Shown here one piece after another: positions 37,916-51,560 of a stretch of DNA of 64,000 nt; the stretch's first letter is position 1; every line of letters begins with the position of its first letter. Source of the stretch: Lama guanicoe (lineage: Eukaryota); contig MU053431.1 in NCBI GenBank assembly GCA_013239625.1, positions 372,001 to 436,000 of the forward strand, read 5' to 3'. A program made the position numbers and the translations under genes. The notes below the pieces were generated by a model. The model was not told where the DNA came from and searched no databases. It saw nothing but the letters and a program-made list of their open reading frames with translations.

Positions 37916-39462
37916 AGGGGACTAGTCCTATCTGTGACGTGATTGGCCAAACACACTTTGTTAAAATACTTCCTGGCATGGCCTCTTGATTACTGCTGCC
38001 TGGTATCCAAGGTGGACCTGGAAAGAGTTCCTGCTGTGTTGGGAGAGTGCTGTGTGGTCTCCCTGTGTGCACTTAGGGGGCGTCAGGCTGGCTGTCCAGG
38101 GCATTTGGGCCCGGCTCCCCCCTGGGGGTCACTCACATGCCTGGGGTCTCTGTCCCCTCTGTTCCCGTGGGCTTGCGCACAAGCTGTACGTTACCGCTGG
38201 TCCTTGTCTCCGTCCATCTCCTCCAGGCCGACCGCCGGCCTGAGGGTGAGGGCGGCCCTGGTGTTTTTCCTCCCATGTCTGGTGGAGTATAGATTTCAGA
38301 GCAGAACATTTTTCAGTCAAAGTTAGGAGAATGACTGAGAAAAAAGGAAACTAAATGGATTCGACTTTAAAAATGCATTTACTGAATTTTTATACAGCAC
38401 ATCTGCAGTAGCCGAGTTTTTTCTCAGGCTATTGATCTGGTTAAGACAGAAAGCCACCCCAGCTAGTTGAGGAAGAAGGGAGCAGGGAGGTCTAAAGGTC
38501 ATCCGAGTCTGCGGCCAGGCCCACAGCCCGCCGGATGGGCCGCCGGGAAGCTCGCCCTCCGGCTCTCCCGGGGCCCAGGGCCCTCCTCCCTGCTTTGTCC
38601 ATGAAGCGCCCCCACCCCGCTCTGCCGCCTGCGTGTGCGTGGCGTTAGCTGGCCGGGGCAGGGACTCCAGCCACGAAGCTCTGTGACCAGCCTCTTCCAG
38701 TCTCACCGTTCCCACTTTCCATCCTGGGAGACAGGCTGTGGCTCGTTCGGGGCCGCCCTGGGCCACGCAGCTGTGGGCGTGGGGTGGGGTCTGCGGTGCC
38801 CAGGTTTGGCCTCATCCACGCGGGTGACTTTGATGTGCTGCTTCCATGAGTACACTCCACGACGCAGGGCCGCTGCTTCATGCAGCGCGTGCCCCGTGCC
38901 TCCCGCGGGGTCCAGCGTAGATCAAGGGCTCAGCCTGCATTCGTGGGGTGTTGGTTTCATGTTGAATGTGGGGAAAAGGCGGTGATTGGCATGTCTGGTG
39001 TAACCAGCCTTTTTATGACAAGTTTAAAGTATGCTTTTGTTTCCTTAGCGATGACCTGTTCTGCACTTTACTGCCTCCATGCTGGTGTGACCCCCCCTTT
39101 CCCCTTCATTTTTTGCAAGATAACTAACCCCAGTCAGATACCCCCACTTCCTAAGCAGAGGAATACTACATTTAGGACTAAAAAGTAATAACTCTCTAGC
39201 ATTCAAGGTGAGGGACAGCCTTGGTGATGTCCACATCCTCAGGTGGACTGCGTCGCGTGTGCCCATGCACTGCGTCTGCTTTTCCTGTCTGTTCACGGAG
39301 GAGCTACTACTACTACCATTAATAATTGCAGGAGGGGGAGGAACATACTTCCTGTGGCTCTTGTGCGGATTACAGAACATAATGTGAACAGAGTGACCAG
39401 CACGGTACCTAGAAAAACATTCCGCCTTGAGTGTGCGGTTGCTACATGTTTTATCGACACCT

Positions 39463-39625
39463 TCAGCATCACCACCATTGTCATCATCAGCATGAACTTC
39501 ACCATCACCAGCACCATCTCCATCATCATCACCATCACGTCACTGTCACCATCACCACCAGCATTGTCACCAGCAGCGTCACCAGCAGCAGCGACACCAG
39601 CACGACCATCATCCCCACTGTCACT
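39463..39625. repeat. Degenerate (CAC/CAT/CAG)n trinucleotide tract
   Basis: Read directly. It produces the spurious poly-His ORF. Confidence 0.9.
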
Positions 39626-40959
39626 CCCCCCAGGCAGGTCGTGATGATCACTGTGTGCAGGGCAATCATTTGTGGTTTTCTGATACAGACAGGAGGACTC
39701 AACAGGCCCTGTTTCTGTCATTTGAGAGGCAGTATGAGAAAAGAACAAGCAAAATACCAATCATTTGGGGAAAAGTCTGCTTTGTGCCTGCAGTGACACA
39801 CAGTCAGCTTTTAAACCGTGTTCATTAGCTTGTGGAATCTTTTGTATCCCTCAGCTCTTAAGACTCGGTTCTGACCTGGGTGAAGGCTTCGGCTCACCTT
39901 GGAAATGGAATGTGAAGCATGACCAAGATGAAAGACAGTTTGCAAGAAGTCTGAGCATGGAAGTTGTCTGCAGTGTCACCGTTCTTCATTCTGGGTGATT
40001 GGAAGTGCTGGCCCACTTACAAATGACAGTCGAATAAAGAGTTTTAAACAAGCATTTTCTAGAATGTTGATTTACTTGTGGAGGAAAGAAAAATTGTTGT
40101 CTCCTGCCAAATGATTGCAGCACCTATAAAACGGTCAGGTCTCTTTTCTGCGGAAATGTCACAGTGAGATTTTTAAAATAGATTCCTGGCGCAGTTTCAA
40201 TAATGTCGAGGTTAAAGATAAGGGGGAAAAGTACTTAACAACGAAAGAGAAGCAAAATACCGATTTAAAGTGGATTTCCGGAGCAGACTTGTGTTATGTC
40301 GCTGTAAAACAGATGACCTCGTATCCTGCGAACAGTTTTCTGATTGTTTCATTGTAATTAATCACCATCAGCTCCACAGCTCCAGGCTGGTGACCCCTGC
40401 CCTGACTTTGCTGTAGAAGAGCACAGGGTCAGTCCCTGGGGAGGCTTCAAGGTGGGGAAGGAAACGGGCGTACGGAGCCTCGCAAAATACTGAAAGCAAA
40501 AGTCTCAGAGTCTGGTCTGCAGGGGACGGTTTTTGGTGTGTCCATCCAGATACTCCTCTCTTGAACTGACCCCCATGAGTCAAAGCCTCCAGTGGTCAGG
40601 ACTGCGCTGAACAGCCCAGACCCGCCACTGCGGTAGATTGGTGTTGGCCCCTGGCCCAGGCGGGGACAGGTCCTCTGTCCCTAGAGTTTGTGCTGGGAAA
40701 AGAGCTGGAGCGATGGAAATGGGATGTATTATTGGTGTGGTGCCCATTCGCTCCTCGATGGTCTCCAGCTGTTCAGTGTTTACTTGGAATCCATAGGTGT
40801 CATAGCACCTTTGTAACAGATTACCCTTACCTAAAGAAAACGTAATAATTAGGATGGCTTATCATGATGGAAACAGTTAATTGTGAGGCTTAGTTCTCTT
40901 CCGGAAGATGTGTGGATGGAGGGAGCCCAGGTTTGGTTGAGGAACTTGCTGCGGGCTAA

Positions 40960-41232
40960 TTCTCGTGGCCTTCCCTTCAGTGTCACAGTATGGCTGCTGC
41001 GGCTCCACAATCACATCCAGAATTTAGCCAAGGAGACAGGAGAAATATTTTTCCCCCGCCTCCTGCCTCTCCTAGACGTGCCCAGCAGCCTTCCTCCTCG
41101 GCTGGTTCTGAACCCTCCAGTGATCTCTAGTTGTAAAGAAGGCTGGGAAAGCTTTTTTTTGGGGGGGGGTCTTCCTAATGGAAGGTGTGCAAGAAGGGAG
41201 TTGAGAGTGGCTGTTGGGTTAGCAGCCAACCA
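40960..41232 (-). mobile_element. Old MLT1 (K/L-like) LTR fragment
   Basis: atggctgctgcggctcca..ctagttgtaaagaaggctgggaaa..ggctgttgggttagcagccaac. Confidence 0.55.
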
Positions 41233-43400
41233 TGTGGGCCCCTCTGCCTTGAGCGGCTTTGTTAGCAACTAAGGGATGAGGGGTCCTTCAGACTCTGGGC
41301 TCACATTGCAGTATTCGCTTTACCTAAGCCAACAGGAAGGAGGGATTTGGGGTCCAGCCTGAACAGCGCCTTCCAGAGCACGTGGGCAGCTCCACGTGCT
41401 AAGATCCCACACAACCACACGTGTCCACCCAGTACACCAGACCTTTATTCCATTTTTCCCCATTTGAAGCCATTACTCCGTCCCCCTCCCTCTCCCCCTC
41501 CCTCCTTCCCTCTCTCCGCAGAGGTCCTGGCCAGCACGAATCGGACCGTCACATCACCCGTGGTTTTTAAGCGTATCTTCCATGCACGTCAGTTTGCAGC
41601 ACTGCACGGCATCACGTCTTAGACGCCTCTACACTGTTGCACGATGCAGCCACCCTGCTCCCTAGAGCCAGCAGCCTCCTCTTCTTTTCACTCCCCGGTG
41701 GGTGTCTGAGGTTCATCCATGTCGGCACATGGAGCTCCAGTTCTCATTAAGCGCTGTGTTCCCTCTGCCGTGTGACTAGATCATCCTTTCTTTCTCTCTC
41801 CACTCATGGACCGTTAGCCTGTTTCCACCGCACTGTCATTACAAGCAGTGCCTGAGGGGCGTGTGTCTTCTTCCGCGGAGGAGCCAGCACCGTTCTGGCT
41901 GTGTGCCCAGGCGCTGGAGTTGGGGCGGGCGCGCTGGGGCGGGAGCGGCTTTCAGCAGAATCGCCGGGCTGTTCTCCGCCCCCCGCCACGCCTCCCGCGG
42001 TGGGCGGAGCCCCGCTGGGGGGCGGGGCGTGAGAAAGGGCGTCCCTGGGCTTTGTTCGTGCTTTCTTCGCTGCAGGGAGTCCGAGCCCCTCACTGTGTCC
42101 GTGTGCGCTGCCTGCTCTGCAGGCTGTCGGCTGGCTTTCTGTCAGTCGTCCGTTGCGCCCTTTCTCCTGACTGGGGCCGCGCCCCACGTGGCCCGAGGCC
42201 CTCCTCCCTCAGTGACGGGCCGGTCAGCGCGAGGCCCCGGCGCGTGGCTGTCCTTGCGCCGTCGAGGAGAGCTTGTATTCACAGATATTTTACCTTTAAG
42301 TGTGAGTGCACCTGGAGTCACTTGCTTCAGTCGTGGTTTGTGCCTTTTCAGCCCAAGTCAAGAAGCGATCCCTGTGCTGAGTCATAAAATAGTCCATCGT
42401 GATTTGCTGCGAGAGGTTTGTTTTGCTTTGAAATGGTTTCACTTTCTCATATTTAAGTGCATAGTCGACTCTGAACGATGTTTGGGTGTGATGAAAAGTC
42501 AGGTAAGGGTCCCTGTGTCAGCCGGGGGGGCGAGGATGCCGGCCCCACCTGAGCACTGCCCGTCCCTGCTCCCGACGCGCGGGGCAGCCTGTCTCGCTCC
42601 AGCGCCCCTCACGCCTGGGTTCCTTCTGGGCACCTGATTTTGTTCCAGTGGCTGGTTTGTTTGACCCTGAGCTAGCTCGTCCAGGGGTGGGTATTTTTAC
42701 ATAATAAATAATAAGCAGGGAATTTTTGCCTTGACATTGACTGTAGTCATTTCAGAACAGTCTGATATTTGCCTGGGGTTTTATCGTGTTAAGGACACTC
42801 CCCTTTACTCTTAATTTGCCAGTTTTTAAAAACTCATATTTGGATGTTGAATTATATTACATAATTTTGTGTATCTGTTGATGTGACTGTTCTTTAATGT
42901 GTTGGCAAGCTGAATTACATTCATGGGTTTCTTTATATTAAGATGGTAAATGAATGCGTCTTATGGTTTAATAGTGTGTGTGTGTGCACACGTGTGCAGG
43001 CATCCCATTTGCTGAGATCTAATCTGGGTTCTGTAACTACGCTCAGAAAGCAGAGAATGTGTCGATGCTGTAATAATTCCATCCTCTCCTTTTGATTCTT
43101 TTGTGTCATAAAGTTGACTGTGTGGCGGAGTGACTTATCCAATCTGAAAATGTCTGCCTTTTCAAAGAGGTTACGATGTTTTAGTAGGAATATGGTGAAG
43201 TTTCCAGGACTTATTTCTACCCTTATTTTTGCTGTTGGTTTTACATCACCAGGCATGCCCAGTGCTCAGTTTGTGGTGGAGCTGGGGTGTGTCACTTGGG
43301 GTGGTGGCCCCTGCCAACCCAGTGGGCAAGCTCGCCTCAGCTCAGGAGCGAGTCTGCGCTCAGGGTCACTTCTGCTGCCAGTGTTCTCGTGTGTTTGCAG

Positions 43401-44197
43401 ATGCTCATCCAGCACCAGAGGTGACCACAGCGTAAAGGGAGGCAGGTGTCCTCTTGAAGCTCAAGATGAAATTTACACACTCCAAGCCGAGCAGACGGTA
43501 AATGCATTGCAGACTCAGATTTTCAGACAGGCTTTTCAAACACTGTACAAAGGAAAAAAATAAATCACTGATGAAACCTATTAAAATATCCTTGGAAAAC
43601 ACAGCTAGAAACAAATCAAAAGATCTGAAAGAAAAGATGGTCTCAGAAACTCTCGTCTCAAGACTGGCCAGCCTTCTGGCGATCATAGAAGCTCTTAGCC
43701 GGTCCTTAGCCTTGACCATTTGGTGGCGGGAGGCTCATCGCGGAAATATTTTGCAAACAGTGCATTCACTTTATTTAAAGTCCAATTCTAGGAGAGATAG
43801 AAGAGACACATGAAGTTAGGTATGCAGAAAGAAGCTCGGAGTCTGGACAGTTTGAATGAAAGATGTGTCCAAGATAATAACTCTGATTTGTCTAATGAAT
43901 TTATAAAATGGCTCTCAGGATAAAAGTGATTTGGAATAGTTAGAAAACGTCCCAAGCTAACATCTTTTAGGCCAGCATTTCTCATTTTCATGTGCCTTTT
44001 TGCAGGATCTGTTTTTTTTTAAATTATTGAGTTTCTTTATAATGACATCCTATGATTACAAGCCAACAGAAAAAGTGATCAAAGGGGAACTAAGACATTT
44101 CCAGGAAAATGAAATCTCATGGAAACCCTCGCGGAAGCCCCGAACTCTACCAGCCTGTATTCTGACAAGATAAAGATGCTCATCTTGTCTTGGGACC
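43401..44197 (+). pseudogene. Large relic exon, 5' part (hinge and late spectrin repeats)
   Basis: Acceptor ctcgtgtgtttgcag. RLASLLAIIEAL, EI/LQTVHSL, EIEETH, EARSL..NNSDLSNEF, RIKVIWNS vs UTRN ELADWLVLIDQML, EINKTVSRM, LAQNL..SSSDMRTAI, RVKNQWDG. Confidence 0.65.
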
Positions 44198-44665
44198 TAG
44201 AGTTGGTTGAATGTTGGCCCCAAAAAGTTGTATCCAGGAGGAAACCCTTGGGACCAGTGAGTGTGGCCTTATTTGGAGAAGAGGCCTTTGCAGACGTAGT
44301 TCAGTTAATGCTCTTGAGATGAGCTCATCCTGGCTCATCTAGGTGGGCCCTCGGTCCAGTGACAAGTGTCCTTAGAGAGGACAGAAGAGGAGAAGATGTG
44401 GACACGGGGAGAGGAGGAGGAAGAGGCCACATGAAGACAGAGCAGAAACTGGGCAGATGTGGCCACAAGCCAAGGAACTGCAGGAGCCAGCGGCGGCTGG
44501 AAGAGGTGAGGAGGGGTCTTATCCTTCAGAAGGAACACAGCCCTGCTGAGAGCTGGCTTTTGGACCTCTGCCCTCTGGACAGTGAGAGAGCACGTTTCTG
44601 TTTCTGCTGTTTGAAGCCACCAACTTTGTGGACATTTGTTGTGGCAGCTACAAGACACTGACACA
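44198..44665 (+). mobile_element. MLT1C MaLR solo LTR
   Basis: tggttgaatgttggccccaaaaa..ggccacaagccaaggaa..tttgttgtggcagctacaagacactgacaca. Confidence 0.9.
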
Positions 44666-45205
44666 GCCCCCACTGTGTCCCCTACACTGGGACTGTGGGT
44701 GGTCTGAAGCCAGGAAGAGCAGTGACAACTTCTGATGATAGATCATGAGCAAAAGAAAAAAAAAAACCCTACAGTCTGATTTGTTGGGATGACGTTAGCC
44801 AGGAGACTTCCTAAGGGCACGGAGGATTATAGCCCAAAGCTGGCAGGACGCAGCCACTAAGCACAGGGCAGGCAAACGTGAACACCTTTTAGGGGTAACC
44901 TTGAAGCAACGGGGATGCAGATTTGTGAAAGCGTCTACACAAAGGCTAACATAACCTGAGGGACTTCGACAGAGTCCAGCTTCTGGAACCAGGGACACCT
45001 GCTCGGCTCCGACCCCGCCGGCAGTGCTCTGCTCAGACCTCACGGCCTCTCTTCAAGATGGACACACGGAGGCGGGCAGAAAAGGCACCAGGACGGAAAA
45101 GTGGCTCAAACCTGCTAAAGAGGATGTTAGCAGAACATGAGAAATTCCATCTGAGATCCAGAAGACAAGGACACATTCCTCTCGCCTGGCAGCTGCCTGT
45201 GCGAG
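44666..45205 (+). pseudogene. Same relic exon, 3' part, after the MLT1C insertion
   Basis: DDVS..IIAQSWQDAATK..KREHLLGVTLKQ vs DMD DDTR..NINASWRSIHKRVSEREAALEE. Also LLKRMLAEHEKF/SEIQ. Confidence 0.65.
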
Positions 45206-46413
45206 GTTCCGAAAGCCTCAGCAGCGGGGTGTCAGGTCAAGGTGAGCCCCACCTCTAAACGCTGGGCATCCTGTCCTGGTGGAGCCAGAGCATTCTTCCC
45301 GCTGTGGGCATTTCAGGAGGGGGTAGAAAACCATCTGGGGGAGGCTGAGCAGTGCCCCGGAATCTGCGTGCATCTTAGGGAGGAAAGTGAGTTTCCACAG
45401 TAAAGGGGAGGCGCGTGGGGGAGGAGCATGAACGGGAAGGGGCCCTTAGTGTCAAAGCCACGTGGGTCTGTTGAAAATGGAAACCCCGGTTCCTCACTTT
45501 TATCAACAACAAAGCCCTTGGAACACTCACTTCGTGTTTGTTAAAAAGAACCCTTTTTCTGGTTTAACGTTAGTTCTCCTACCTGATTGTCCGGTAAGGG
45601 CGCCGGGAAGAAACCGGTATTTTTAGGCCCCAGGGAGTAGAAACGTCAGAGCTTCAGCTGGGAAATTTTGTGTAATTGGCATGATTGAAGGAAGGATTTT
45701 TAAACTTGTTTGACCAGCATTTCACTTGAAATGTAGGTTTTGAATGGACGCTATTATTCCTTTGTCAACAAACATGGAATAAGCACTCACCGCGAAGCAG
45801 GCGCCGCGAGGCCGACAGTAACGCAAACTCCTTGCGCTCACTGTGTGCGGGGCGGGCAGCGGGAGGCCCTCAGGCAATCTGTGTCTGCGAACTCACTTAA
45901 CCCTTGTCGTAAGCCTGGGAGGTAGGTCCCTGTTTCCATTTGCAGGGGAGGAAACTGAAACCTTGAAATAATGAAGTAATTTGCATAAAATGAAACATTG
46001 GAAAACTGGAACGGTTTGCCCCGAGTCTGTGGCGGTGGTGGTGAGGGGTGTGGACCGACCCTGGCAGTCTGCCTCCCGCCAGGTTCGGGCCCGCTGGCCG
46101 CACGCCTGGGCCTGTGATGACGCACGGCCGTGTCACCAAGCCGTCCTCCCGTCCCTCCCAGCCCCAGGGGGACAGAGACTTCACCAGACAACACGCAAGT
46201 AAGTACACGGTCACAGCTGCCGTGAGCCCTGGAGAGTGAGGTTCAAGGTGCCACGAGGCATCAGGAAGGAGCTTGCTGCGGTCTGGTCTGCAGAGGCCGG
46301 TACCTGAGGGATACCTTGATTCCATTAAGAGGGTCGGGAGATGTTTCAGGCTGACAGGAGCCACACGCTTGTACAAGATCCAGGCGTGTCCTCAATGGAT
46401 CCGGGTTCTGCAT

Positions 46414-46593
46414 CAGTGTCTTAAATGTGGTCCCTGAGTCGGCAGAGTAGCATCGCCTGGAAGCCTTTTAGAAAGGCAGGTTCTGAGGCACCACCTCATA
46501 GCCACCGGGTGGGAAATTCGGGTCGGGGGCCCAGCATACAGTTTGAAGAAGCCCCTCAGGAAATTCTGATGCTCACTAGAGTTTGGAAACAGT
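46414..46593. mobile_element. MER5A
   Basis: gtggtccctg..ggggcccagca..attctgatgc..agtttg. Confidence 0.75.
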
Positions 46594-46599
46594 TCAGAG

Positions 46600-47158
46600 A
46601 ATGCTGGAGGGGCCTCGCCCAGCAGATTAAACAGGTGAGGAAGACTCTATTCAAGACAATTGCAGGGGGACGGTTCAATCCCCATCACCTCCGTTAAAAA
46701 GATAATTAAATAAATAAACCTAATTAACGCCTCCCCCCCAAAAAGACCATTGTAGTCAGGGGGAGAGACTGTCGCTATGAGAGGCAGTGAATGAACTCAA
46801 CTCCTTTGAAACAATCAGCAGGAGCGTGTCTGAGTCCCGAGGGCTGGCGGGAGGGTGTCAGCGCTGCCAGGCGGGCGGTGCTCACCTGTTGGTGCCCACT
46901 GAAATTGGCTGCCACCTGCCCACTGAGACCAGGACGTGGGGGTCTCTTTTTCTTGATGATCGTGTTTCAAAGGGATGACTCCTGGGTCCTTGAGGAAGAC
47001 AGTCCTGGGTTGTAAAACTCGCCAGAGTCTGAGAGATGATTTACATCTCAAAGGGGCAGGGAAGTAATTTGCAATTGCAAGTTTTCTAAAGACAATACAC
47101 TAAGAAAAGGAAGATCCAAAACTTGAACTGAAGGGAACTGGTAAGGCCATCTTGGTCA
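46600..47158 (-). mobile_element. MER89-like solo LTR
   Basis: ggtccttgaggaagacagtcctgggttgtaaaact..ggccatcttggtca. Confidence 0.75.
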
Positions 47159-49264
47159 CAATGGGGCTGACCTGGCCACTTGGCTGCTCCAGCCACGCCA
47201 AGTCCCCTCTGCAGTCCAGTTAAGGTCCACTCCCTACAAGGGAGCGAGACTTCCACACACTGGCTCCATCCTTGGCTCTCGTCCCTGGCCCTTGAGAGGG
47301 TACCGTTTCTGCTTCTGATCCCTCCAGTATCAGCGTGTGCCCTCTCCACCACCAGTCACTGGGTTTCCAAACATCCTCAGAGCCCAAATCAAATACCAGT
47401 TCTCCATAAAGCTTCCCCAGAGGTCATCCTCCAGCCTGCACCAGGAAGCACTCGCTTTCCATTCTCCCTGGCTCCTGGCACGACTGAAGGAAGGGCTGGA
47501 GCCATCTCCTCGTGTGACAGGGAGGGGCTCCCCGTCCGTGTCTGACTCCAGGGTTAAGCCGAAGTTGTCAGCACTGGCTGTAGGCTGCGGTGTTTACGTG
47601 TGCTTTAAAATATCGAAGATGTTGTGCCAATTCAGGTAATCTTCCTCTGAAGCAGAATGTATTGACAACAGGCTCTCACATTAAAAATCCTCGAAAACAA
47701 CAGCCGCTTGTCTGCGGCGCCTGTGGGAAGGGCGACCCTGCGCGGCGTGCGCAGCCGTCTGAGCATCTCTGAGGGCTGGACAGCAACCAGGCAGCAGAAT
47801 TTTCGGTGACACCTGCGTGTTTCCCCGACAGTCAGGTGCTCCCCCCTTCATTCAGAACGTACTTAGGAAGCTTTCGTTGCTCAGACACTTGTGCAAGGGG
47901 AATTTCTCTCTTAGACAAAGTCACCTTCTAGAAAAATCGCATCAGCAGAACAGAAGCATGTGTATGACCGAGTTTCCTAAATGCATGTGGGTTTGTGTGG
48001 CCGACCCCAAATAGAGGCTGGGAAAAGCCAAATTCCAAAACAGAAAACGATGACCCCTCTCTCCTGGCCAGAAGGGCTTTGTAAGCGCACGTAGGCTCTG
48101 CCTGTATCAGCGGAGCAGCCAGTGCCCCGTGAGCCCAGGTCTAATAGCGACAAGGACATTTGTTTCTTCCCCGCCCCTTCCCATCGAAGGTGGAGATGAT
48201 TAATGGGTCACCAAGGTAATCATACAGTCAGCTTTTCTGATCAGAGTGTCCCTCGAGCAAACCATGTCAGCTCAGGACCGCACAAGGCAGGATATTGATG
48301 GATAGTTTTATGACTCATTTGGGCAGATCCATGAAGCCAATTACTTCATAAGGTGGCATTTCATCACGGCCGCCTTCGATCCACCCCGGCTGGCTCATCG
48401 ATTAGCATTTGCCAAGGAAAGCGAGTGTAACAGTCTGGGACCCAAAACTGCTGACAGTGGTACCTGGACTTGAAGAAGGGTGTTTCCGGCGACGTGCGTG
48501 TGATTCCCGGGGGCTCCCGTGATTATCCTGCCATCTGATAAGGTCTAGCAGTTTGATGTCAAGCGGGAGAAGAGCCACGGGGCCGTCCGGCAGGGCTTAT
48601 CTGGACCGGCCTCCCCACGCACCCTCCCTTTTTATTGGAGAACGTGAACACTGAATCCAGACACACACTCATGCATCATTTGCTCAGCTCGGAGAAAGTC
48701 AATTAAATTAAAATTTCAAGCTGAAAAAATATACGCTAGCTCTTACTTCTGATTTTTTTTTTAGTTTAAATCCAATAGTGTTACGTTTTGGTACACGCTC
48801 ACTGGTGCACTGGCGGGCTGTTAACAAGCGGAACCGTTTACAAGCAGCGAGTTCTGTGTGATTCCGAGCACTTGCCTAATTGGAAAATTAGGTGCAAAGA
48901 AAGCATTTTTTCAGATGATGTATTTTTGCGCAGTTGGCTCTCTCATTCTCGTGCAGATGCGTAACTGAGAGAGGGCCGTGTTGACTCAGCTCCCGACTTC
49001 TGCAGGCTGCCCGCGGCTGTCTTTCCCGTCCCAGAGGCCCAGTGCAGTGTGACACGCGGTGACATGTCCGCCATCGGAATGCAGACTCGTTCCCGTGCAG
49101 GAAGGAGCTTCCGTTCGGGGAAAGAAGTCTGGCAGGCAGGAGGCAGTTTCCTGTCGCGCAGGGCTCTGCAAACTTCTCCCCGTCGCTGCCCATTAATTGG
49201 AAGGCAGGTGGGAACCACGGAGCAGGGAGTCAGAGCTGGTCTGTCTCATTACATTAAATGAAAT

Positions 49265-51560
49265 TTGTGTTTTATGCCAAGAGTTCTAGAATTACAGGAA
49301 AAACGTGAAGATGGTACACGGAGCGTCCACACCCAGTTTCCTCTATTATTTTTAACCATTTTATCGAGACGTAATTCACCCGTCATAGCACACAGTTCAG
49401 TGGTTTTTAGCATATTCAGAATTGTGCAGCCATTCTCACAGTCAACATCAGACACTTGCATGGCTGCAGGGAGAAATCCTGCTCCTCGCGTCAGTCGCTC
49501 TCCTTTGCCCCCAAATCTCCCAGCCCTCGGCAACCACTAATGTACTGTCTGTCACTATAGATTTGCCTATTCCAGACTTTTATATAAATGGGGTCATACA
49601 GCACGTGGCTTTTGTAACTGTCTTTTTCATTTAGCAGAACGTTTTCAAGGTTCAACTGTGTTTTTCTTCAGAGAACTGAGTGCTTTATCATTATATAATG
49701 TTTCTCTTTATCCCTAATAATCTTCCTTGCTCTGAACTCTGCTTTGTCTGACATTAATATAGCTTCTCCAGATGCCTTTTATTCGTGTTAGCATGGTGTA
49801 TCTTTCTCCATCTCTTAATTGTATTTTATATTGATTGAAGTACAGTCAGTGTACCATGATATGGCAATTTCTGGTGTACAGTATATTGTCTCAGTCAGAC
49901 ATGTATGTACATATATTCCTTTTCATATTCTTTTTCGTTACAGGTTACAAGATACTGAATCTAGTTCCCTGTGCTGTGCAGTATGAACATATTGTTTATC
50001 TGTTTTATATGCAGTCGTTAGTATCTGCAAATCTCAGACTCCCAATTTATCCCTCCCCTCCCGCTCCCCCCCCCAACCATACTACACGTGTGAGTCTGTT
50101 TCTGTCTTGCAGATAAGTTCATCTCTTTACTTTGGAGTCATCTGAATGTTTACATTTAAAGAGGGTTTCTTATAGACAAGATAGTCATGTCCTGGTTTTT
50201 TTTAAATACACACTCTGACAGTCTTTTCCTTTTAATTAGTGTGTTTAGACCATTTGCGCTTGAAATGCCTGGTGCAGTTGGATTAATGCCTGCCACAGTT
50301 GTGTGTGTTCTCTTTTTCTTGCCATGAGTCTGTATTTCTTTACCTCCTCTCAGTTTTCCCTTCATCTCTGGTTAAATTGAGACTTTATATGGTTATATTT
50401 TATCCAATCTCTTCGAAAATAAATCAGTTATACCTCTTTTTCAGAAAAACTCAAAGCTCTTCAGCAGATGCGTAGTGCGCGTGTTGAGTTCCTCCGTGTC
50501 CGCCTGCGGGAGCACGGCGCCGTGGGTCTCTGGCGGGGCCCCCGGCTCCTCGCTCGCAGCCCAGGAACACGGCGGTGTTTGTGTCACGCGTCCACGGGCT
50601 GGCACTGCCCGACGTTTTTGTTGCTGGTGTGAATTTAACATTTAGCTTAGACGTGGTCATCTTTTAGCTCAGTTTAGAATCAGAAACATAACACGTTTTA
50701 GTTGCGTTTCTGTTCTCTGTGAGGCTCTTCCTTTCCGTCTGTGATCTGAGTTTGGACCGGTCCCGTTTCCTTTCTCTGGAAGGCTTTCTTGTGCCGTCTC
50801 TCGTCGGGGAGCGCTGCTGGCAGTGAATTCCCGTGCTTTTGTTTCTCTGAGGAAGTGTTTCCACTTCACGTTTGAAAGATGATCTCCCTGGATGTAGACT
50901 TCTAGGTGGGTAAGTAGATTAGGGCAAGCTATGAAACATCTCGCCCCTCCTTACTCCTTGCGTGGTTTCTGATGAGAGGTTCACCGTGACTTGTACCCTT
51001 GTTCCTCAAGGTGGTAAAGCGTTTCCTTAGCGTCTTTCGATTTCCGCTTTGCCGTTGGTTTCCCGCGGGTTGACTCTGTTCTGCAGAGGCGTGGATTCGC
51101 TGGGGATAATTGTGCTTGCTGATGTCTGAGCTTTCTGGATCTGCGTTTTCGTGCTTATCATTGATTTTGGAAATTTCTCAATTATTTTTACTTCAAACTT
51201 TCTCCTGTTCATCTCTGTCTCTCTTCTCCTTCTGGTTTTCCAAAAATTCACCTTTTATGCCTTTGAAGTTACCCCAGTGAGCTGGGCGCCCCCTTCTTGC
51301 TGTGGCTTCCATCTTCTTCTCTCCTGCAGAGTTTTCTGCTGACACGTCTTCAGGCTCACTGACCCCTTCCTCCGTTCCTCCGTTCTGCCTGTGAGCCCGT
51401 CAGAGGCGGTCTGTTTCCGTTTCGGTGTTTTTGAATTCCACTGTATCCTTTGGAGGTTTTCTCAGGGTTTCTGTCTGTCTGCTTACATGACCCGTCTCTT
51501 CTCACGTGATGTCTGTTTTATCCGGCAGATCCCTTAGCAATAATTCTAACACCTGCGTGG
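49265..51560 (-). mobile_element. Nested L1 cluster: L1MB 3' end (about 49350-49655), L1MC/MD ORF1-ORF2 region, camelid L1 tail (about 49819-50120)
   Basis: Characteristic motifs for each piece. The young tail is flanked by catctctt on both sides. Confidence 0.8.

Noticed and set aside
39243..39796. Poly-His and hydrophobic ORFs
   Set aside because: Products of a degenerate CAC/CAT repeat next to a MIR fragment.
41848..42637. Longest ORF (258 aa)
   Set aside because: GC-rich, low-complexity translation within old L1 debris, with no recognisable domain.
3060..47158. Two MER89 LTRs as the ends of one provirus
   Set aside because: Opposite orientations, 43 kb apart, with no internal ERV sequence. 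They are independent solo LTRs.
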